This document shows, one piece after another, positions 57,106-64,000 of a stretch of 64,000 nucleotides of DNA. Position 1 is the stretch's first letter. Each line of letters begins with the position of its first letter. The notes below the pieces were generated by a model, which was given only the letters and a program-made list of their open reading frames with translations, did no database searches and was not told the origin of the DNA. Made by a program: the position numbers and the translations under genes. The stretch is from Macrostomum hystrix (Eukaryota; Animalia; Platyhelminthes), in NCBI GenBank assembly GCA_950097015.1, contig CATNEN010000014.1, positions 744,001-808,000 on the forward strand. The letters are read 5' to 3'.

Positions 57106-60100
57106 GGACGAAATCCATATTGATGATAACCGTGAGGCTGTTTATGTGCCTGAGGAAGAATGGAAAGATGTACCTGAAGGCAGGGATCATCCTGATCCAT
57201 ACGATTGTACAGTGCCCTCAAGAAGCCGCACGAAAAAGTCACCCAGTCATTTCAAGCAGTTTTGCGACGATGAATCCGCTGCTTGGAATGACTTGTTTGA
57301 GTCTGGAGCTCTTCTCAACGATTTTGCCACCTACTTCAATAGGCACCCATGTGTTATCTGTGGTGTCTTGTCCGACAACATATTCCGCTGTACAAAATGC
57401 CACCTGCTGTCAGTGTGCACTGCCTGTCTAGAAGTAAAGCATGCACACAACCCACCTCATGTTGTACAACACTGGAATGTAAGGAAAGCCTTTTTGTTCA
57501 TAATTCTTCAGATTTCAAGAAGTGCATACAATATTTTTTCCTCTTCTGAATGTATCTCATTCTACAAGGGCAAATTCTTTGAAGCTGTCGAATCGAATGC
57601 TCGACTGGCTCGAATGTGTGCTTGTAATTCAGCAATCGCTGGCGTATTTCCTGTTACTGTCATCACAGACAATGGTAAAATTATTTAGACATTGTTAAAT
57701 TTGTTTATTTTTGTGTTAATTAATTTTAATATAATTGATTGATGGCAAAAGCTCGCATGTTCTTAACCCATATTCTAGATGCAAGTGAGATGCAAGTTGA
57801 TTTAGAAGTTTGCTCCTGTGCAACTTACCATTCTGCTCTTCTGGTACATGGCTTCTGGCCTTTGCAAGCAAGACCAGAATGTTCTAAAATGTTAACTGCT
57901 ATTGCAGTCGAACTTCTACTACTGCTTGATTCGCTTAATTGCAACTGCACTGCATCCTTATCATCTCTCTGTTGGGCTCTTAAGTGTTATCGTGAGTCAA
58001 TTTGGACGCATAAATACCCATCCGTAAGTTTTACAGGCACCATAGCCCCTGACTAACAAGTTATTCTATTTTATCTACGTATTTCAGTGTATTCCTTACT
58101 TCCTGTAACACTTTGCAGCTCGATCTATTTCGAGCGCTAAATTTGGCTGGCGCGTTTAAATCGTTTCGACGTGTACTTCAAAGCTTTCGATGGGGAGAAA
58201 AAACAACATGTCCCGCTTGTTATTTGGTAATTTTATTTTAAATTCATTTACAAATTACTCCGTTTTCTATTACCTTTCCAATCCCACTATTTTACAATTA
58301 CCATGACTTGTTTGAAAACTCACAGGTCAACGCGAATGCCTCTAGTGAAGAGCCAGTTTTTTTTATGATGGACGGCTGTTTTGGTCTTCGCCATCGAAAA
58401 TCTGCTGGAAATGCCGCTCCACCACCTCCTTCTGGCTTATTTCTTGACGTTGATCTCACTGAGAAATGTCCACCCTCGACAGGACACTGTGCAAACTGGA
58501 ATGCAGGTGGAAGAGGTCGAAGTCTAGCGACTTCTTCAGATAGTGCTAAGTTAGATGTCTTTGGTGCATTCTCTGGTTCCTGCAGACATTCTGCAATAAC
58601 TTATTTGGCCGATATGACATCGACTGGCGAACGGTAAATTGTTTTTGGAAGCATAAAATTACCGTTTTTAATGACCTCACTATTTCGTGTTTTTTCAATT
58701 ATAATTTCTTCTTAGACTTAACTATTCCACGACTATGATTGCTCAAATGATTCGGGATGTTCTGCCAATGGTGCCAATCGTCGTCTCCTACGATATCGGG
58801 TGCAAGCTAACCGGTCGCTTTAACGACTCAAGGCTGTCTTTTGCCATTCCGGCTTTTCATTCCTATGGGCATGTTCTACGCTGTCAACTTTCCCATGGTA
58901 TACGCTCTGTTCAGTCAGTCGGCCTGACAGATGGCGAGAGCGTAGAGCGCGTCTGGGCAACGCTTCGACGATTCGGCCCTCAGCTGAAAGAGATGGCTCA
59001 CGATAACCGTCGGGAATTTTTGAACTATCTAGCGAATACTATCAGCTTCCAGTGTATCACAAAGATCAGTAAGTATTAGTTCTATACATAGTGAAGCAGA
59101 AATTGCGTAAAATAGTGGAAACCCAACAAAAGACTGCGGCATATAAGCAGACAAAAAACCCATAGTTTAACCGATACAATGCGCTAAAATTAAAATCTCA
59201 CTTTAGCTACCTGGCTTATCGGCCGAAAAGCAGTGGAGAGAAAGGCAATCCAGCAGTTCCAAGCTGAGCTTTCGGCTTTTCTACTCCAGAACAATTCTTC
59301 GAGTAAGTTGTTGCCGTTGCATTTTAAATTGGAGTTTAAATGGATTTTTTGTCGGTAGTTTATGGACAAGGGTGTGGATACCATTTAAGGAATTATATTT
59401 TTACCTCATTAACTGACCTCTATAGTGAGCCTGGACGATTTTCTTAACGCTGCGGCCGGTTGGACTTCATTTTGAAGTTTGCAGGAGCTTCTCGATATAC
59501 TAACTGCACATTCCAAAGCATCTTCACCCAAATCTAAAGCCATTCAAAAGCTCTATGGAATGGCCTGCGAGCGCCGGTATTTGATTGAACATGTCGGGAC
59601 AGAACGTGGACAGCGCATGCAAAAGCTTCTTCGAGTTTCTCTTAACAAACTGCTTTCCAAATCAAAAGCGATCTGCTCGAGTTTTAACAGTGCTCATCCT
59701 ACAGACCAACTAGATCCGAGCCACTTCATTAAGCCTGAAGCACCCGGCTTCGAGGAACTTGTGAGCATCAGAAACCAAGCTCAAAAGGTACATGCTGTGA
59801 AGCTTCGAGACCTGTACCTTCGTATCCAGGAGGAGTCGCGTCTGGTAGCTGCGGAAGCAGAGAGGACTTCGCTATTTCTCACTGAAGCGGCTCGCAAAGC
59901 ACGTATGGAAGTACAAGCAGCTCGAGAAGGTCCATTGGCTGCCGCACTGTCTATGAGAGAAAATGGCATTCTTCAGATACTCCAAGCTCACTTAGCAGCC
60001 TTCCCGTCAGAAAGTCAAGCAGTTCAATCTACTTCGAGCAGCATTTCCTGCCTGGAGACAGCACGGGGTAAAGCGCATAAAGCATGATCACATTTTCATA

Positions 60101-60297
60101 CTGGCGTTTCATATTTGCAAATGTTGTGTGGCGTAATGGTTAAATAATTAATTTCTGATGCTTGTACCCTGGATTTTTTAGCGTCCAGTGCTTCTGGGGA
60201 CGAATCCTCGAGTTCACAATCTTCATCGCCGGAAATTGATTTCAAGAGCGAATTTGAATGCACATCCGAGAGCGAATCCGAGTATGAATCAGACTAA
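57106..60297 (+). mobile_element. Intron-containing KDZ (Kyakuja-Dileera-Zisupton) transposase gene with CxC Cys clusters
   Basis: Exons 57106-57478, 57569-57674, 57779-58023, 58119-58226, 58326-58633, 58716-59068, 59207-59302, 59426-60067, 60182-60297; phases consistent. CPAC, MDGCF, SCRH, TGER, YDIGC, FHSYGH-C, GESVERVW. In-frame TGA at 59473; N-terminus unresolved; AATAAA near 60366. Confidence 0.85.
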
Positions 60298-61139
60298 TCT
60301 AGGACACAGCGACTGAGCTAGTTTTCTATTTAGCTTCGAGTAACATTGCTCACTTATTTATTTTAATAAAGCTAATTTAACCATTGCAATTTTCAAATTT
60401 GTAAAAAATGCATATAAAAAATGTGTTCCCATGTATGCTGTGAACCTGGGACATGGGACACTCACTGCTTTACGTTTAAAAGTTGAACTTCTTATTATTG
60501 TCTTGCTTTGTAATGTTTGTCGCAACTATTATCGAAAAATGTCGAAATCAGGTAGTATTTAGCAAGGTTGTATATTACATTTTTATGCGCAATCTCTATC
60601 TTCTTTGAAAGCAGGGGCCAAATTTATAACTAGCAGACCACTAGCATTTCCTATGCCTATGGATTAAAAGTATTTTACAGTATTGCTTTTCCTTAAAATA
60701 CTCGTACTGGTAATGCTAAATAGTTACTGCAACTGCAACTGCTACAGCTCGTAATGCAAATTTTCATAAATATTCTTGTGTGTTATTTAATATGCTCTTC
60801 CTATGTAAGTTTGCATAAAAATAGAACGAAAAATATCGAAAACAATTATTTCTCTTATGAGTACGAACGAATGCAGGAAATGTTACAGTTGCATGATAAA
60901 TGTAGCCACTTTCATTCTTTTTAAATAGTATTAATTTTTTTGCAAGAACAGCGAAACTACCCTAGAGGCAAACCCTAGGAGTGTCTGTACAATTGTGGTT
61001 TAGCCCAGCTTCCATGTGCCCTGAAAAGCTGCTTCTAAGGGCTAATTGGTAATTGAAAGCAGAAGTCCGAATTATGCCGAATCCGAAATATTTTACTTCT
61101 TTCTTACAGTTTTGAAACTATTTTTACCGCATAGATAAC

Positions 61140-61970
61140 AGCGCCATAACTTTAAGGACCATGGTACATATGCATACCAACATCTGCCGCCATGCTGTTT
61201 CGCCGTTAGTTGTACATAGCTGAACGCCATGCTATATAGAATAGCAGGGTTCTGATAGGAACATTTTACGCCATGTTGTTTCTAATTACAGCGCCAAGCT
61301 TTTTCTAATAAAGTGCGCCATGCTGTTTCTGATAACAGCGCCATGCTCTAAGGAACCATGGTACATATGCATACCAACACTCGTCGCCATGCTGTTTCTG
61401 ATTACAGCGCCATGCTCTAAGGAACCATGGTACATATGCATACCAACACTCGTCGCCATGCTGTTTCTGATAACAGCGCCATGCTCTAAGGAACCATGGT
61501 ACATATGCATACCAACACTCGTCGCCATGCTGTTTCTGATTACAGCGCCATGCTCTAAGGAACCATGGTACATATGCATACCAACACTCGTCGCCATGCT
61601 GTTTCTGATTACAGCGCCATGCTCTAAGGAACCATGGTACATATGCATACCAACACTCGTCGCCATGCTGTTTCTGATTACAGCGCCATGCTCTAAGGAA
61701 CCATGGTACATATGCATACCAACACTCGTCGCCATGCTGTTTCTGATTACAGCGCCATGCTCTAAGGAACCATGGTACATATGCATACCAACACTCGTCG
61801 CCATGCTGTTTCTGATTACAGCGCCATGCTCTAAGGAACCATGGTACATATGCATACCAACACTCGTCGCCATGCTGTTTCTGATTACAGCGCCATGCTC
61901 TAAGGAACCATGGTACATATGCATACCAACACTCGTCGCCATGCTGTTTCTGATTACAGCGCCATGCTGT
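61140..61970. repeat. 69-bp minisatellite, 9 near-identical units plus degenerate 5' units
   Basis: Period of 69 (61336, 61405); units differ almost only at gatt/gata. Confidence 0.95.
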
Positions 61971-62854
61971 ATAGAAAAGCATGGCGCTAGCTATCGTAAA
62001 GTTAAAGTAAAGGAAAGCAAAACTACTGTCCTACTGGTTAATGCTACCCTCTCAACTACCCCAGCTAATGCTGGCACATTTAACAGTTGGGTGAGCTGAT
62101 GAAAAACAGTTAAGCGTCTTGCCAATGGACACACATTTTTCTAGTGGAATTGATATTCGAACTCTGAGCATGAGTAAAAAAGCGAGGCCCCAAAGCCCGC
62201 CTTTTATTTTATCAAAATCTCTGTAAGCGAACCTGGAATAGGATCGGAAAGCTGGCTCTAAATTACAGAATATTGCGTTGCTTTGGACAGAGCGACATCT
62301 ATATGCAAAAGCAGTTAATCAACATCATAGGATTTCTTGAATTCAACAGCCAGGTGAAATTTTCAGATAAGCTGTGACGAACCGCACAATGTTACGAGTC
62401 TGCCGCCGACAACCGTAAGTGTCTCGTATTTATCCTACTATATTAATCCTAAAAGTACTGGGAAACATCGGCATTACGTACTGTTTGAGTAATTTACGGG
62501 ACTTGGCCTGTAATTAATTTTTACACTTTAATTGTTTAAGGGGTGCTACGTACTGCTGGAGACTGCTGTCTTATATGTCACAGAAGACAGCGAGAGACAG
62601 CGAGTTCAGGCAGGAAACTTTAGAGTGATTGTGCTAAAGCACATTGGAATATGCCGCCGCCCCAGTCCATACATGTACAATTGGCTCGTACCAAACCAAC
62701 CTCGCAATTGAACTTTAAGTCAAAGCGGGCTCTCGAGACCATGCAGCCAGCGTCTTAGCTGTCAACTTCAACTCACGACCATTCAAGTCTCAACTCAAAG
62801 GATTCTGCTGGTGGGCTTCGTATTAACTCTTGTACAAACTGGCGTATTATTAGC

Positions 62855-62961
62855 GGGCTGCTATCACAAGCTCGAAATTTCACAACACCGAAAAGCATTT
62901 TTTCATTAGGTCGAAACTTTAGTTTTCGACGTTGTGAAATTTCGAGTTTGTGAAACCCCCC
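62855..62961. mobile_element. 107-bp palindromic MITE
   Basis: About 31-bp inverted repeat (3 mismatches) with G-rich and C-rich ends; 8-bp direct repeat ttattagc at 62847-62854 and 62962-62969. Confidence 0.6.
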
Positions 62962-64000
62962 TTATTAGCAATCGGCCTAAATCAGGGGTCGGCAAACTTA
63001 TATGGCTCGAGGGTCACAGAGAGAGTACAAGAGACGACAGCGGGCCGTGCTGATAGAGGTGACTTCATATAGAGGTGACTACTTTCAAAGATCACTTCAT
63101 TATCACTTCATCTTAATATTTATCGCGGCTTCAATGAAGACGTACAGGAGTATAAGAAACGGCAACCTTCCGGCCGACAGTGACGCCAGCCGACCCGCCA
63201 GCACCAGTCGATGACGCAGAAATTCTGACGCTGTTAGCCGACACCGTACTACTGGACTGGTCAACAATGATCGGTGGTAGGTCGGCAAAAGTTTTTTTTT
63301 AAAGAAAATAGACTCCTTTTTTGACCATATAGCGGCTAAGTCCTTTTTGCACAGCCGCTGCGGGTGACAGTCTTGCCGAACACCGGTTGGCCAATTAATC
63401 CACCGACCAAAGCGGGTGTGATTGGAGTACTGGAGCTGTCGGTTTTTAATAATCTTCGCTGCAAGGAAAAAGTAAAAACGCGAGTATGATTCAAGAAGCA
63501 GTGCTGGCCGGTATATTGGTACCTGCTCATGAATTCAAGACAATGCTTTTGACGAACTAACAGAAAAATACGAGTACTTACAAATTTTTTTTTGCAAAAG
63601 CTCGCTAACCGCGACACGAAGACCAGCAGCGGTAGTGAGGCCACCACTATCAGTATTTGCCAAAGCAGATTGAAGAGCCTAAAAATAAGATTCCCAGGGC
63701 TACAACGGTGTGGCCACATTCAATAACATACTCGTAGAATTGCGCCAGATCCAAAACAACATAATAATACTCTTTCCTAAATCCACAAAAAATTTTATAC
63801 TATCTTACCAAAGCAATATTTCGCTTTTCGCAAAACCCTGTCACGTCTTCCGACTCGAAGACGCTGGTTTCTCCGCCGCTTTTTGGATGAAGCAGTACGA
63901 TGGCATGTAAACCAGCTGAGTCAGCAGAATCAATCTGAAATTCCATATACCCTCGTTGAGTTTGTTGTACCTGTGGTAGCGTGGCACACACAATTGGTAA

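Noticed and set aside
61286-62099. CRISPR-like array or real repeat proteins in the 69-bp array (also the other 15-42 bp arrays)
   Set aside because: Units are head to tail with no unique spacers, there are no cas genes and the context is eukaryotic; the periodic ORFs are by-products of stop-free units
63336-63991. Short ORFs at the window end
   Set aside because: No recognisable motifs or consistent splice structure

Overview
Eukaryotic, repeat-rich invertebrate genomic DNA. A flatworm such as Macrostomum is my guess from the minisatellite-filled introns; this is inference only. No rRNA, true tRNA or CRISPR array. Host genes I could reconstruct exon by exon with consistent GT-AG phases: the 3' end of an ABCC10/MRP7-like transporter (+), a complete 5-exon TMEM179-like gene (-), and a complete 13-exon ADAM-family gene (-, 50827-42588) whose zinc site is destroyed and which ends in a hydrophobic tail with no cytoplasmic domain. 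A tandem partial duplicate of the ADAM gene (first 8 exons, 32338-27428) lacks its 3' half, where a Helitron now sits. There is also an orphan Q-rich ORF. Most of the rest is mobile DNA: a decayed Gypsy split by an Ingi-like LINE (12-bp TSD), two Ngaro/DIRS tyrosine-recombinase retroelements, two Polinton/Maverick relics, a Helitron with a nested hAT MITE, a CryptonA-like element flanked by a 444-bp duplication, an RTE-like LINE (11-bp TSD), a P-element fragment, a CR1/L2-group LINE, an intron-containing KDZ transposase gene, tRNA-derived SINEs and about 25 minisatellite arrays. Top leads: (1) a ubiquitin C-terminus mimic (LNLVMRLRGG) directly downstream of an HDV-like ribozyme at the Ingi-like LINE 5' end, suggesting deubiquitinase-based processing; (2) the Crypton with a 444-bp target duplication that includes the ADAM first exon; (3) the catalytically dead, possibly GPI-anchored ADAM and its diverging truncated twin; (4) a local patch of CpA/CpG C-to-T hypermutation next to the KDZ gene. 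All alignments were done by eye; no searches were run.
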